DNA of 64,000 bases from a bacterium (GTDB lineage Bacteria > UBA8248), in contig OZ253442.1 in NCBI GenBank assembly GCA_965261085.1, positions 2,976,001 through 3,040,000 of the forward strand, in the 5' to 3' direction. Below are positions 53,647 through 63,464 of the stretch, piece by piece (the first letter of the stretch is position 1; each line of letters starts with the position of its first letter). Below the pieces are notes generated by a model. It made no database searches and was not told where the DNA came from. It saw nothing but the letters and a program-made list of their open reading frames with translations. Made by a program: the position numbers and the translations under genes.

Positions 53647-54858
53647 ATGCCACTTACAGGTGTACGTGTATTAGACTTAAGCCGCCTGCTCCCCGGCGGG
53701 CAATGCACTTTGATGCTCGCCGATATGGGGGCAGATGTGATTAAAGTAGAAGAACCGCTGCGCGGCGATTATATACGCCTAGCATCCCCTTTTGATGAAC
53801 ATGGCGTATCCCCCCTTCACCTCTGCTACAACCGCAATAAGCGCTCCTTGGCATTAGACCTTAAAAATGAAAGCGGGGTATCCACACTCCTAAGGTTAGT
53901 GAAAGACACAGACGTGCTTGTCGATAGCTTTCGCCCCGGTGTGATGGATCGCCTCGGCATTGGTTATCAAAGACTCAAACAAGAGAACCCAGCCCTTGTC
54001 CATTGCGCCATCACCGGATACGGACAAGAAGGTCCGCTGGCTCGAACTCCGGGGCATGATTTGAACTTCCAGGCCTTGGGCGGCGTCGTAGAGCTCACTG
54101 GCGCTGCCGAGGGACATCCATATGTGCCTGGGGTCCTCATCGGGGATGTGGGCGCTGGCATGTGGGCGGCTTTCGCCATACTCGCGGCCCTGCGCCTCGC
54201 CGAGCGGACAGGCGCAGGACAATTCATCGACATGTCGATGTTAGACGCTGTGATGGGGTTTTTATCCATCCATGGACAAACATATCTCTCGACGGGTCAA
54301 TGCCCAGGGCGTGAAGAGATGCGACACAATGGTCGAAGGCCATGCTATCGTCTCTATCCCACCAAAGACGGTCGGATGCTTTCCGTCGCGTGCTCAGAGC
54401 CGAAATTTTGGGTGATATTGTGCAAGCTCATCGGGCACGAAGAATTTTATGAGGATCATGGCGCCAGCGGTGAGCGCCGCACAGAGGTGATTCAAGCGCT
54501 CAACAAAACTTTTCAAACAAAAACTCTCAAGGAGTGGACCACATTTTTTGATGGGGCGGATGTGTGCGTGAGCCCGGCGCTGAATATGCACGAAAGTTTC
54601 AGACACACTCAAATTCAATCGAGTGGGCTCGTGAGGGAATATCAACATCCCGTCAAAGGAACATATCCCGGCACGCGACCAGCACCGAAATTCTCGGACC
54701 TCCCAACAAGAGATTTCCTTCCTCCTCCCCGATTGGGGGAGCATTCTGTTGAGATATTAAAGGAATATGGGTTTCAAGATAAAGAAATCGAAGATTTACT
54801 GGCAACCGGCGCCTCCCACCGGGGCGCCAATCCAGTTGGTGAAACCATCAGCGAATAA
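53647..54858 (+). CDS. CaiB/BaiF (family III) CoA-transferase
   Basis: RVLDLSRLLPG, LADMGADVIKVE, NRNKRS, FRPGVMDRLG, GHDLN. Confidence 0.92.
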   Translation: MPLTGVRVLDLSRLLPGGQCTLMLADMGADVIKVEEPLRGDYIRLASPFDEHGVSPLHLCYNRNKRSLALDLKNESGVSTLLRLVKDTDVLVDSFRPGVMDRLGIGYQRLKQENPALVHCAITGYGQEGPLARTPGHDLNFQALGGVVELTGAAEGHPYVPGVLIGDVGAGMWAAFAILAALRLAERTGAGQFIDMSMLDAVMGFLSIHGQTYLSTGQCPGREEMRHNGRRPCYRLYPTKDGRMLSVACSEPKFWVILCKLIGHEEFYEDHGASGERRTEVIQALNKTFQTKTLKEWTTFFDGADVCVSPALNMHESFRHTQIQSSGLVREYQHPVKGTYPGTRPAPKFSDLPTRDFLPPPRLGEHSVEILKEYGFQDKEIEDLLATGASHRGANPVGETISE

Positions 54859-54961
54859 ACCTAGAACATGACAGAATCAATAAAACAAAATATGACTGGG
54901 TATTCATTCGGTAGGATTGTGGCAAGGGAAACTAAGATAGTTAAACCAGATGAATCACTCT

Positions 54962-55426
54962 TTATTCGGTATTGCTGCGTTCTTCCAGTTTTTCTAATTC
55001 CGCCTCAAAATCTTTGAGGGTCTTGAAAGAACGATAGACCGATGCGAAGCGTACATAGGCCACTTCATCCACTTCCCTCAACTCATCCATCAATTTTTCT
55101 CCTATTGCTTTTGTCGATATCTCTTTCTCGCCACTATCAAGAATATAACGCTCTACGCGATCGGCAATCGCTTCTTGATCCTCAGCAGAAACAGGTCTTT
55201 TCTCCAATGCCTTCTTGATGCCTATGCTGATTTTGTCACGAAGATAATTAACGCGTGTGCCATCTTTTTTAACAATGAGCGGCCAAGAGACTTCCGCCCT
55301 CTCGTAAGTCGTAAAACGGTGCGCGCATTTCTCGCATTCTCGTCTTCTGCGAATCGAATTTCCTTCCTTGGTCGTCCGGCTGTCGACCACTTTGCTTTCA
55401 GAATGACTACAAATCGGACATTTCAT
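54962..55426 (-). CDS. nrdR: Transcriptional repressor NrdR
   Basis: MKCPIC...VVDSR...[19 protein letters not shown] cone, [10 protein letters not shown]. Confidence 0.97.
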   Translation of the reverse strand: MKCPICSHSESKVVDSRTTKEGNSIRRRRECEKCAHRFTTYERAEVSWPLIVKKDGTRVNYLRDKISIGIKKALEKRPVSAEDQEAIADRVERYILDSGEKEISTKAIGEKLMDELREVDEVAYVRFASVYRSFKTLKDFEAELEKLEERSNTE

Positions 55427-55453
55427 AAGAATCCGGTCCGGGCAGGAGAATCA

Positions 55454-55912
55454 TCAGGACGTCGGCTGGAACACATCTTCTATATCGGAAATCTTATCCA
55501 AACGACGGGCGTGACGCCCGCCTTCAAACTCTGTTTTCAACCAGATAGCCACTATTCTTTCTGCCTCTTCCAGGCTCACCACCCCGCCACCCAGAGCCAA
55601 GATATTGGCATCGTTGTGCAGGCGACTCATTCGCGCGGCCCATTCATTGTGACAAGCAACGGCGCGAACACCCGGAAACTTATTCGCCACGATGACCATG
55701 CCCGCGGCTGAGCCACAACAGAAAATTCCCCGCTCGGAGTTGCCTTCGCTCACTGAACGGGCGGCGGGTCCGGCATAATCCGGGTAGTCACATGATTCAT
55801 CTGAGTTCGTCCCAAAATCATGATATGGAATCGTTCTCTCATCAAGCAGTTGTTTCACTGCTTCTTTGAGTTCATATCCCCCATGATCAGCTGCAAGAGC
55901 GATTTGATTCAT
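55454..55912 (-). CDS. rpiB: Ribose-5-phosphate isomerase B
   Basis: DHGG..LK, DYPD, ANKFPGVRA, HNDANIL, FEGGRHARR. Confidence 0.95.
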   Translation of the reverse strand: MNQIALAADHGGYELKEAVKQLLDERTIPYHDFGTNSDESCDYPDYAGPAARSVSEGNSERGIFCCGSAAGMVIVANKFPGVRAVACHNEWAARMSRLHNDANILALGGGVVSLEEAERIVAIWLKTEFEGGRHARRLDKISDIEDVFQPTS

Positions 55913-55957
55913 CGGGATTCTCCAGGCGATGAGTGTTGGAGGGATACAACTTCTCAA

Positions 55958-55986
55958 AAACTAGACTTTAGGAAACTATAAGTCAA
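55958..55986 (-). promoter_or_regulatory. Candidate sigma70 promoter for rpiB-nrdR
   Basis: Minus strand reads TTGACT-17 bp-TAGTTT. Confidence 0.4.
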
Positions 55987-56117
55987 GCGATCACTCATTC
56001 ACACTGTCATACCAAAGTCTTTGAATTCCCGCAGAAAGAGAACCTAAATTACGACCATTACTAGCAAAACCAATCATTTTTGCTCGTGCAAACCACATCA
56101 ATATTCAGCAGAAGGTA

Positions 56118-57389
56118 TCAATATGGCTTCAATTCTGTTCCGGAAATTGATTTGCCCAAAAGAATTCTCGATGCCTCTTGCGCTGTTTTTTTAAATTCAT
56201 TCTCAGCGGCCAACCTCTCTCCCTTTTCCTGTAAACACCGCGCCTCGATCAAATGCAGTGCTAAACGTACCCAAGAATCTTGACTTTCTGCCGACACGGC
56301 CATGGTAGATGCCTGCTTCAAGCTTTTATCGACTTTCTCGATTTGACCTGCTTCGAGCATCAACGCTGCGTGTAGCACGTGATGATGGATATCTTTCTCT
56401 CTGCGCTTTCCCGCAGATTGGACATTTGCAGCGGCTTTTTTTATCGCATTTTGTGACTCCAGAGGCCCGACTGCTAACGCTAACCGTTGCAGAAACTCCA
56501 AACCACCCAAAGTCTGATAGCCATTTTCCCAGGTACGTAGAGCTCGCCGATCACGACCCGCCGCTAACTGCGCATCACCCAATAATAAGTATGCTTTCTT
56601 TTCCTTGGCCAGATGATGAAGAGCTTGTTCTAAAAAAGGAATGGCCACCGCCGGGGCAGAATCATTAAATTTCGCCTCTCCCACGGCTAGATACGCGTGG
56701 CCAGCGATTTGGTTATCCGCCTGCCGATCAAAATCAGACACACTCGTTTGTGATAGTTTCTCACAAATCTCGACAGCAGCTTCGATACGGCCATTTTTAA
56801 AATACATATCCCTTAGTTTTCGCAATACCAAGGGGCTCGCACCTCTCCCTGCACTATTTTGCGCAAGTAACTCAAGAGCTTCTTTCGCCTGACCGGAATG
56901 ATCGAGGGTCTCGGACAGGCGGATAATGGAATCAGGTGAATTGTTCGTAACAGCACGAAGGCGTTCATTCCACTGAATTGCGTCATTGGGATTGCCAGAA
57001 TCTATTGCAAAATCCGCGGCTAGCCTCAAGGCGGGAATTAAGGACGGGTCATCCTTGAGTGCGCGCCTAAGTTCTCTTCGGGCACGCCTTCTTTTCCCTT
57101 GAATTCCAAGGCTTTGGGCCCTAGCAAATCGCTCTTGAGCACGATGCAAACGTTTTTGTTTCTTGGCAATCTTCTTACGCGAAAACCAACCAAGTGCAGC
57201 CTCACCCCACCCTAGAATAGAAGCCAAAAACGAACCAATGAGAGCCGCTCCGAATACCACCAGAGCTAATGGAACTCGCACGGACAAAGCATCCGTGAGA
57301 CGCAGATCTATGATTTCTCGATTGTAGTGAAGAAAATAGACGGCAGCCACAATTGGAGCTACAAGGATTAGGAGAGTCCGAATTTTCAT
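56118..57389 (-). CDS. LapA-domain plus TPR membrane protein (LapA/LapB-like)
   Basis: Two N-terminal TM segments with N....L...PLALVVFGAALIG, then a basic helix and TPRs. Confidence 0.65.
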   Translation of the reverse strand: MKIRTLLILVAPIVAAVYFLHYNREIIDLRLTDALSVRVPLALVVFGAALIGSFLASILGWGEAALGWFSRKKIAKKQKRLHRAQERFARAQSLGIQGKRRRARRELRRALKDDPSLIPALRLAADFAIDSGNPNDAIQWNERLRAVTNNSPDSIIRLSETLDHSGQAKEALELLAQNSAGRGASPLVLRKLRDMYFKNGRIEAAVEICEKLSQTSVSDFDRQADNQIAGHAYLAVGEAKFNDSAPAVAIPFLEQALHHLAKEKKAYLLLGDAQLAAGRDRRALRTWENGYQTLGGLEFLQRLALAVGPLESQNAIKKAAANVQSAGKRREKDIHHHVLHAALMLEAGQIEKVDKSLKQASTMAVSAESQDSWVRLALHLIEARCLQEKGERLAAENEFKKTAQEASRILLGKSISGTELKPY

Positions 57390-57410
57390 TCGTAACTCAC
57401 CGCTCGGTAT

Positions 57411-57788
57411 CTAACTACCACCGCGTCTTTCAATTGCATTTTGAGCCGCCACTGTATAACGCGCATAGGGAATTGCTTCCAGGCGGGAATAGGGAATCGG
57501 CTCATCCGACTCCTCACAAATACCATAAAGTCCTTCTTCGAGCCTCTGAAATGCCGCCTCCACTTCCCGCAAACGTTCTCGCTCCCTTTCGCCTAAGTCC
57601 ATTAAAACCTGACGAGAATATGTGTCGGCAGCCATGTCTGCAATATCTTGAGTCCCATCATCACCTATTTCTTTGGTATGTATCTTACTTTTCTCCACAT
57701 CCCCAAGTATTTCACGGCGCACTTCATTCAATCTTTCTTCTAAATCTCTTAACTGTTTTTTAGTCAAATGCTTCACTTTGAACCTCAA
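57411..57788 (-). CDS. TraR/DksA family protein
   Basis: Coiled coil with DIADMA tip, then YGICEESDEPIPYSRLEAIPYAR. Confidence 0.88.
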   Translation of the reverse strand: MRFKVKHLTKKQLRDLEERLNEVRREILGDVEKSKIHTKEIGDDGTQDIADMAADTYSRQVLMDLGERERERLREVEAAFQRLEEGLYGICEESDEPIPYSRLEAIPYARYTVAAQNAIERRGGS

Positions 57789-57804
57789 CTTTCATACTGC
57801 TGAG

Positions 57805-58161
57805 CTAAGCGCTAGGTACCATTGGCTTGATGATGGATGCGTGTGACCATAAATCTTCTAGCCGGTAAAATTCTCGGCTCTTTTCATTGAATATGTGAAC
57901 AAGAAAATCACCACAATCCATCAACACCCAATTTCCTTCTGCTAATCCTTCTGTCAAAAATACAGTATCTCCAATTTTCTTAAGTTTTTCCCTAGCCGCC
58001 TCACAAAGCGCTTTTACATGCCGGAGGCTCGTTCCGTGGCAAATCAAAAAAGCATCTACCTCTACCGACAGAGGGCGAAGGTCCAAAAGGACTACGTCCA
58101 TCGCTTTCTTCGCTTCTAATGATTCCTGAAGAACATGAAGCCGATTCTCTAGTTTCTTAAT
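57805..58161 (-). CDS. rsfS: Ribosome silencing factor (start probably ATT at 58161)
   Basis: EAKKAMDVVLLDL, FLICHG, WVLMDCGDFLVHIF...REFYRLEDLW; homology extends upstream of the ATG at 58101. Confidence 0.9.
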   Translation of the reverse strand: MKKLENRLHVLQESLEAKKAMDVVLLDLRPLSVEVDAFLICHGTSLRHVKALCEAAREKLKKIGDTVFLTEGLAEGNWVLMDCGDFLVHIFNEKSREFYRLEDLWSHASIIKPMVPSA

Positions 58162-58183
58162 GGGTCTCCATCCTCCTCAATCT

Positions 58184-58858
58184 TTAGCCAACAACTCCCG
58201 AATGCCCATATAATCGGCGGCGAATTATAAAGAGTTCGACATCGCGTGGCAATAAATGCTTTATGGAGGAAGACTCTTTTATACACTGCCTGATCCGGGT
58301 TGCCGAAATGTCAACTTCCGTGATCGGAATAAATTTTATAACTCGCTTTTTGTCTGTAAATTTAATTTCCTTTAAGGATTTATCCATGCAATAACCTGGT
58401 TCAATTTCTTGAATCACTCGGAGAAGAACTTCAAAATATTCCGGAGTATTTTGATTTCCTCGCAAAGTAACAGCAAAATTGGTGGCGCTTAACACTTCTT
58501 TTGGCAGGTGCCATGTGCTCAACTCAAGAAACGCATCCGCACCGATAATGAAAAACATTTCATCTTCATCCGGTGTCCTTCTTGTTAGTTCCTCCAAAGT
58601 ATCAAGAGTATAAGATGCTCCTCCCCGCTCTACTTCAACGGGATCACATACATACGCGGGATAATCCTCCAAAGCAATACGAACCATTTCCAGCCTATCA
58701 GTCGCTGAGGCAACTTCATCTTTCGGCTTATGAGGCGGCAAAGCAGACGGAACAAACCTGATTTCATCAAGCAGCAGTGCTTTATGCACCTCTTCGGCGG
58801 ACCGGAGGTGCCCATAGTGAATCGGGTTAAATGTCCCGCCTAGAATCCCGATGCGCAA
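58184..58858 (-). CDS. nadD: Nicotinate-nucleotide adenylyltransferase
   Basis: GGTFNPIHYGHL, PPHK, SYT, IGADAF, ISATRIR. Confidence 0.96.
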   Translation of the reverse strand: MRIGILGGTFNPIHYGHLRSAEEVHKALLLDEIRFVPSALPPHKPKDEVASATDRLEMVRIALEDYPAYVCDPVEVERGGASYTLDTLEELTRRTPDEDEMFFIIGADAFLELSTWHLPKEVLSATNFAVTLRGNQNTPEYFEVLLRVIQEIEPGYCMDKSLKEIKFTDKKRVIKFIPITEVDISATRIRQCIKESSSIKHLLPRDVELFIIRRRLYGHSGVVG

Positions 58859-58875
58859 TCACTCTCCTTGATTTT

Positions 58876-60027
58876 CTATTCTTCCTCAATCAAAACAAAA
58901 TTGTTTCGGTGAATGATCTCATCGTAGTCCTTGCTTCCGAGAATAGAGGCGATTTCCCTGGTTTGTTTCCCGGCGATTCGGGCAGCATCATTACACGAAT
59001 AATTCGCCAGCCCGCGGCCAAAAGCCACTCCTTGAGTATTAAGTATCTCCACCACATCACCAAAACGAAAATTTCCCCCAACAGATACAACACCACTGGG
59101 CAAAAGGCTTTTTCCTCTCTTCAGCATGGCGTTTACAGCACCGCTATCGAGTTTGAGCCACCCGCGGGGTTTAGCCGTGGTTCCCATCCAGCCCTTTTTC
59201 CCCTTTAAGCGCGCGCCATTCGGCACAAAAAGCGTCCCCAACGGTTCACCCATCACTACACGTTCGATGATGTTGGGGTCCCGCCCTTTCACAATGAGGG
59301 TGCTAATACCCACTTTATTGAGGATATTAACGGCCTCAACCTTTGTACGCATTCCTCCGTGGGCAAGTGGGTTGGGACTGGTACCTGCGACCGAGGCAAT
59401 TTCCTTAGGCAGACCCTCAACACGGGGAATCAAACGCGCCGTTTCCGATCGCCTGGGGTCCTCATCATACAAGCCCGCTACGTCTGACAAGATTATTACG
59501 AGACCTGCTTGAACTATTTGGGCTGTCTGGGCAGCTAGTGTGTCGTTGTCTCCAAAACGGATTTCTTCAATGGAAACCGTATCGTTTTCGTTCACAATTG
59601 GGAGTACCCCTTTGCTAATCAATGCTTCAAAGGTATTACAAGCGTTCAAGAATCGGCTTCTCTCATCTAAATCTGAATGGATGAGCAAAACTTGTGCCGT
59701 CTCGATACCCTTCTGTCTGAATGCACGGCCATATGCTTCCATCAAGATCGGCTGGCCAACGGCAGCGGCAGCTTGGCGTTCAGGAACTGCCTTTGGTATT
59801 CCTTTAAGACCCAGTCTTTTCACGCCAGCCGCAATGGCTCCAGATGAAACTATAACGACTTGCCTTCCCTCTTTTCTGAGCTTCGCAACTTGGGAGGCGA
59901 TGCGTCCCAAAACCCTTCGGTTGACACCCAGTTCATCAGATGCCGTCAAAACCGAGCTTCCCACTTTGACCACAATGCGTCGGCTCTTGAGTACAAGATC
60001 ATCTCTTTTGATCATCGCCTCACTCAT
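58876..60027 (-). CDS. proB: Glutamate 5-kinase
   Basis: VVKVGSS, VSSGAIAAG, IVNENDTV, FGDND, GGMRTK, PUA domain. Confidence 0.96.
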   Translation of the reverse strand: MSEAMIKRDDLVLKSRRIVVKVGSSVLTASDELGVNRRVLGRIASQVAKLRKEGRQVVIVSSGAIAAGVKRLGLKGIPKAVPERQAAAAVGQPILMEAYGRAFRQKGIETAQVLLIHSDLDERSRFLNACNTFEALISKGVLPIVNENDTVSIEEIRFGDNDTLAAQTAQIVQAGLVIILSDVAGLYDEDPRRSETARLIPRVEGLPKEIASVAGTSPNPLAHGGMRTKVEAVNILNKVGISTLIVKGRDPNIIERVVMGEPLGTLFVPNGARLKGKKGWMGTTAKPRGWLKLDSGAVNAMLKRGKSLLPSGVVSVGGNFRFGDVVEILNTQGVAFGRGLANYSCNDAARIAGKQTREIASILGSKDYDEIIHRNNFVLIEEE

Positions 60028-61067
60028 TAGCTCTTTGTTTGCATGGTTGGAATGACATCGTTTTCTAGCTCTCTCGTTTGCCTGAGCAGTTGATATATTT
60101 TACCCAACAATTCGCTCAACCCGAGGCCAGAAACCGCCGAGATGGCATGGACTTCCACACCTCGCGCCATGATCCCCTCTCGTAGTTTCACAATATGATC
60201 TCTCGATTCCGTTACATCCATTTTTGTTAAAATCGCCACTCTATGTTTCTCTGCCAGTAGAGGCGAGAACGTGGATAATTCATGGGCCACTGCATCAAAG
60301 TCTGAGAGTCCACGCTCAGGGGGTAAGGAAGCATCAACCAAGTGAAGCAACAACTTACAGCGTTCTACATGCCGCAAAAATTGCAGCCCCAAGCCTTTAC
60401 CCTCACTTGCTCCTGGTATCAATCCCGGGATATCGGCCACCACGCATGAACTATAATCGCCTAAACTCACAACCCCCAGATTTGGTTGAAGCGTGGTGAA
60501 CGGGTAATCGGCAATTTTGGGCTTGCTCTCGGAAATTCTCGATATGAGGGTGGATTTTCCGGCATTAGGCATCCCAATGAGCCCAACATCCGCGAGTAGT
60601 TTCAACTCCAATTCCAAAAGACGCTCTTCTCCTGATTTTCCTTTGGTGGTTCTCCTTGGCGCTCGGTTTGTTGAACTCTTAAAGTGCTCGTTGCCGAGCC
60701 CGCCTCGACCTCCTTGCACAATGATTACTTCCAGGCCCTCTCCCGAAAGATCGACTACAACTTCTCCCGTTTCAGAGTCACGCACGATGGTTCCAAGAGG
60801 CACTTCAAGCAACAAGTCCTCCCCATCAGCTCCATACTTGTTGTTTCCCATGCCTGCTTGGCCTTTTTCTGCTCTCAGAAACGGTTGGAATCTAAAGTGC
60901 GTCAGCGTGTTCAAAGACGATGTCGCCTTAAAAACCACATGTCCCCCACGTCCACCATTTCCCCCGTCAGGACCGCCTCTCGGCACAAACTTCTCCCTGC
61001 GGAAGCTAAGGCAACCGTCTCCTCCATGGCCAGCCTGCACACGTATTTTAGCGGTATCAACAAACAT
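60027..61067 (-). CDS. obgE: GTPase ObgE
   Basis: [36 protein letters not shown]. Confidence 0.98.
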   Translation of the reverse strand: MFVDTAKIRVQAGHGGDGCLSFRREKFVPRGGPDGGNGGRGGHVVFKATSSLNTLTHFRFQPFLRAEKGQAGMGNNKYGADGEDLLLEVPLGTIVRDSETGEVVVDLSGEGLEVIIVQGGRGGLGNEHFKSSTNRAPRRTTKGKSGEERLLELELKLLADVGLIGMPNAGKSTLISRISESKPKIADYPFTTLQPNLGVVSLGDYSSCVVADIPGLIPGASEGKGLGLQFLRHVERCKLLLHLVDASLPPERGLSDFDAVAHELSTFSPLLAEKHRVAILTKMDVTESRDHIVKLREGIMARGVEVHAISAVSGLGLSELLGKIYQLLRQTRELENDVIPTMQTKS

Positions 61068-61095
61068 GGTAGGGGCGGAGCCTGCCCATTAGAGA

Positions 61096-61353
61096 CTACT
61101 CCGCCGGAATGACACTGATAATTCGGCGGCCCTTAGCTTTGCGCTCGAATTTCAATTTTCCGCTCGCCTTGGCAAAGAGGGTATGGTCATTGCCTAAACC
61201 GACATTTTCACCTGGATGAAAGACAGTGCCACGTTGCCTGACGAGGATGGTTCCCACATTTACGCTTTCTCCTGCAAAACGCTTCACGCCTAAACGACGC
61301 CCGGCGCTATCTCGTCCGTTGGATGAACTTCCACCAGCTTTCTTATGCGCCAT
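61096..61353 (-). CDS. rpmA: 50S ribosomal protein L27
   Basis: [21 protein letters not shown]. Confidence 0.98.
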   Translation of the reverse strand: MAHKKAGGSSSNGRDSAGRRLGVKRFAGESVNVGTILVRQRGTVFHPGENVGLGNDHTLFAKASGKLKFERKAKGRRIISVIPAE

Positions 61354-61365
61354 TTTCTAATCCCT

Positions 61366-61683
61366 TCATCCTGATGCGAGGATGTCTGTCACTTCTATTT
61401 GAGTATAAGGCTGCCTGTGCCCTCGTTTGGTCCGAACTTTTTTGCGGCGTTTGAATCGAAAAGCTATAATTTTTTGTCCACGCCCGTGGTCACGAATCAC
61501 CGCTTTTACTTTGGCTTTACTCAACGCCTCTTTATCTGCAACAACTTCTTCCCCATCTACGATGAGTCGAACATCCTCAAACTCGACGCTTTCTCCAACA
61601 TTACCGGACAAACGCTCGACCAAGATTTGATCTCCCGTTTCAATACGTACCTGCTTACCACCGGTTTCCACTACAGCATACAT
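61366..61683 (-). CDS. rplU: 50S ribosomal protein L21
   Basis: MYAVVETGGKQ, GHRQPYT. Confidence 0.98.
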   Translation of the reverse strand: MYAVVETGGKQVRIETGDQILVERLSGNVGESVEFEDVRLIVDGEEVVADKEALSKAKVKAVIRDHGRGQKIIAFRFKRRKKVRTKRGHRQPYTQIEVTDILASG

Positions 61684-61834
61684 TCAAAAAATCTCCTTGA
61701 CGCCCGAATTATGCTTTGGTCTTAAAAATCAACCATTTCGCTAACTCTCGGCCATAACGAGGAGGATATCTATCAATCCAGCCCCTAAAAGTCAATTCAA
61801 AGTCTTAACAAACTGATTATCTTTTTCATTACTC

Positions 61835-62206
61835 TTATTTTCTTTTCTTCTTGATCAAGCTAAACGTCACCCGTTCGGCCCGATACGACACGGTACGTCT
61901 GACAGGCAAATATCCCTTTTTTTGTACCGATACGGTAAAGCCCTTGAAAAAATCTTTCATGCCTGCTTTAAATTTTAGGCGCAATGGTGTTTTTCCTTGG
62001 TAAACATCATCGATGAAAACATCTGCCTGTGGTGGATTCGACGTGACGATCAGTTGACGATCCTTGAAGCCTTTAATCGGATTCTCAACATTCCTCTCCC
62101 ACCATTTCCCCATTTGCTTCCTGGTTTTGCCACATCCTGACACACCCGGAAGAAGCAAGAGGAAAATACTGAAACCCAGAATAAGCTGTAACGAAGGTTT
62201 ATGCAT
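61835..62206 (-). CDS. PEGA-domain lipoprotein
   Basis: Lipobox VSGC; VTSNPPQADVFIDDVYQGKTP...KKGY. Confidence 0.75.
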   Translation of the reverse strand: MHKPSLQLILGFSIFLLLLPGVSGCGKTRKQMGKWWERNVENPIKGFKDRQLIVTSNPPQADVFIDDVYQGKTPLRLKFKAGMKDFFKGFTVSVQKKGYLPVRRTVSYRAERVTFSLIKKKRK

Positions 62207-62362
62207 ATTTCCTTGATTCGATTTTCGAGACATAATCAAAACCCTTGGAAAATCGACCCTCTCGAAAACACCAAAAACTATACATAACATCAGTTTACAC
62301 TGAAAACATCATGAGGAAAAACACTTCAGTATGGATGCATCCGTTTTGTTAGCGGCCCCCTT

Positions 62363-63286
62363 CTACGCAGGTGGTTCACCCACCTGTTTTCCTGACCATT
62401 CCTCAAACATTTGCAGTAATTCCGTCTGGTCCGAATCTGGTCCATATTTTTGCACACCCAGACCATATATCTGCCTGGCGTGATTCAAATAAAACGCCGC
62501 CACACCATTTTCGCGCGCTAAATCGCTTCCCATAGAGAGATCTTTATGCATCAACCCCGTGGAGAACCCACAAGTAAAATCCCTCGGCAGGAGAAAGCGA
62601 GGCCATTTATCTTTCGTAGCGCTGTTCATACCTGAGCCGCCGTTGAAGACTTGAAGAGCCTTTTCTGGGTCGAGACCTAACTTCGACGCCAAAACCATTG
62701 CTTCCATTGATGAGAGCAGGCTCGTGGCCGAGAGGAAATTGTTTACACACTTCATGGCGTGCCCAGACTCTGGTGCTTCATCGATATGAACAATAGTCTT
62801 GCCTAACGTTTCGAAAACAGGCATGGCCGCATCCACAATCTCTTTGGGGCCACCAGGCATGATGGCCAAAGTGGCGGCTTCCGCTCCTACGACGCCGCCT
62901 GAGACCGGCGCCCCAATGAGGTGTAATCCCTTTTCTTCTACACGCGAAGCGAGAATACTAGTTCTTGTCGGGTAAGAAGAACTCATATCGATAATCAATT
63001 TCCCCTGAGCTAGATGTGTTGATATCCCATCCGGCCCATCCACTACTGCATCAACAACATTGCTATCGGGTAACATTGTGATGACAACATCGGCGCGCCT
63101 TGCCAAATCAGCCAAGCTCTCAGCCTCTTGCACACCATCAGCCGCCAACGCCTTCACATTTTCTGGCCTTGTGTCATAAGCCACCACCGCGTAATCGCCA
63201 TGCCTCAAATTTTTCGACATGGGTTTTCCCATCTTTCCGATTCCGACAAAACCGATAGTAACGCTTCCTGGCTGTAAAGTTTTCAT
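62363..63286 (-). CDS. NAD(P)-dependent beta-hydroxyacid dehydrogenase (3-hydroxyisobutyrate dehydrogenase family)
   Basis: GFVGIGKMG, ITMLPD, APVSGG, GHAMKCVNN, KDL. Confidence 0.9.
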   Translation of the reverse strand: MKTLQPGSVTIGFVGIGKMGKPMSKNLRHGDYAVVAYDTRPENVKALAADGVQEAESLADLARRADVVITMLPDSNVVDAVVDGPDGISTHLAQGKLIIDMSSSYPTRTSILASRVEEKGLHLIGAPVSGGVVGAEAATLAIMPGGPKEIVDAAMPVFETLGKTIVHIDEAPESGHAMKCVNNFLSATSLLSSMEAMVLASKLGLDPEKALQVFNGGSGMNSATKDKWPRFLLPRDFTCGFSTGLMHKDLSMGSDLARENGVAAFYLNHARQIYGLGVQKYGPDSDQTELLQMFEEWSGKQVGEPPA

Positions 63287-63464
63287 GATTTCCTCACTAT
63301 CTGGATAAAACTTGTTATAGAAGACGCCATCAATCGTTTAGATGTTTTTATTCGCTCAAAGGTTTTTGTCAATCCCCAACTGGAATGGTAAGCTTGCTTT
63401 TAAATTAAAGCTTCTCTCATCATCCGCCCTGTGTTTACCCATATGCCGTTCAAGGAGATTCGAA

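Noticed and set aside
61068-61088. GTAGGGGCGGAGCCTGCCC between rpmA and obgE as a REP copy
   Set aside because: It is short, single and unpaired, so it may only be a small hairpin in the obgE initiation region.
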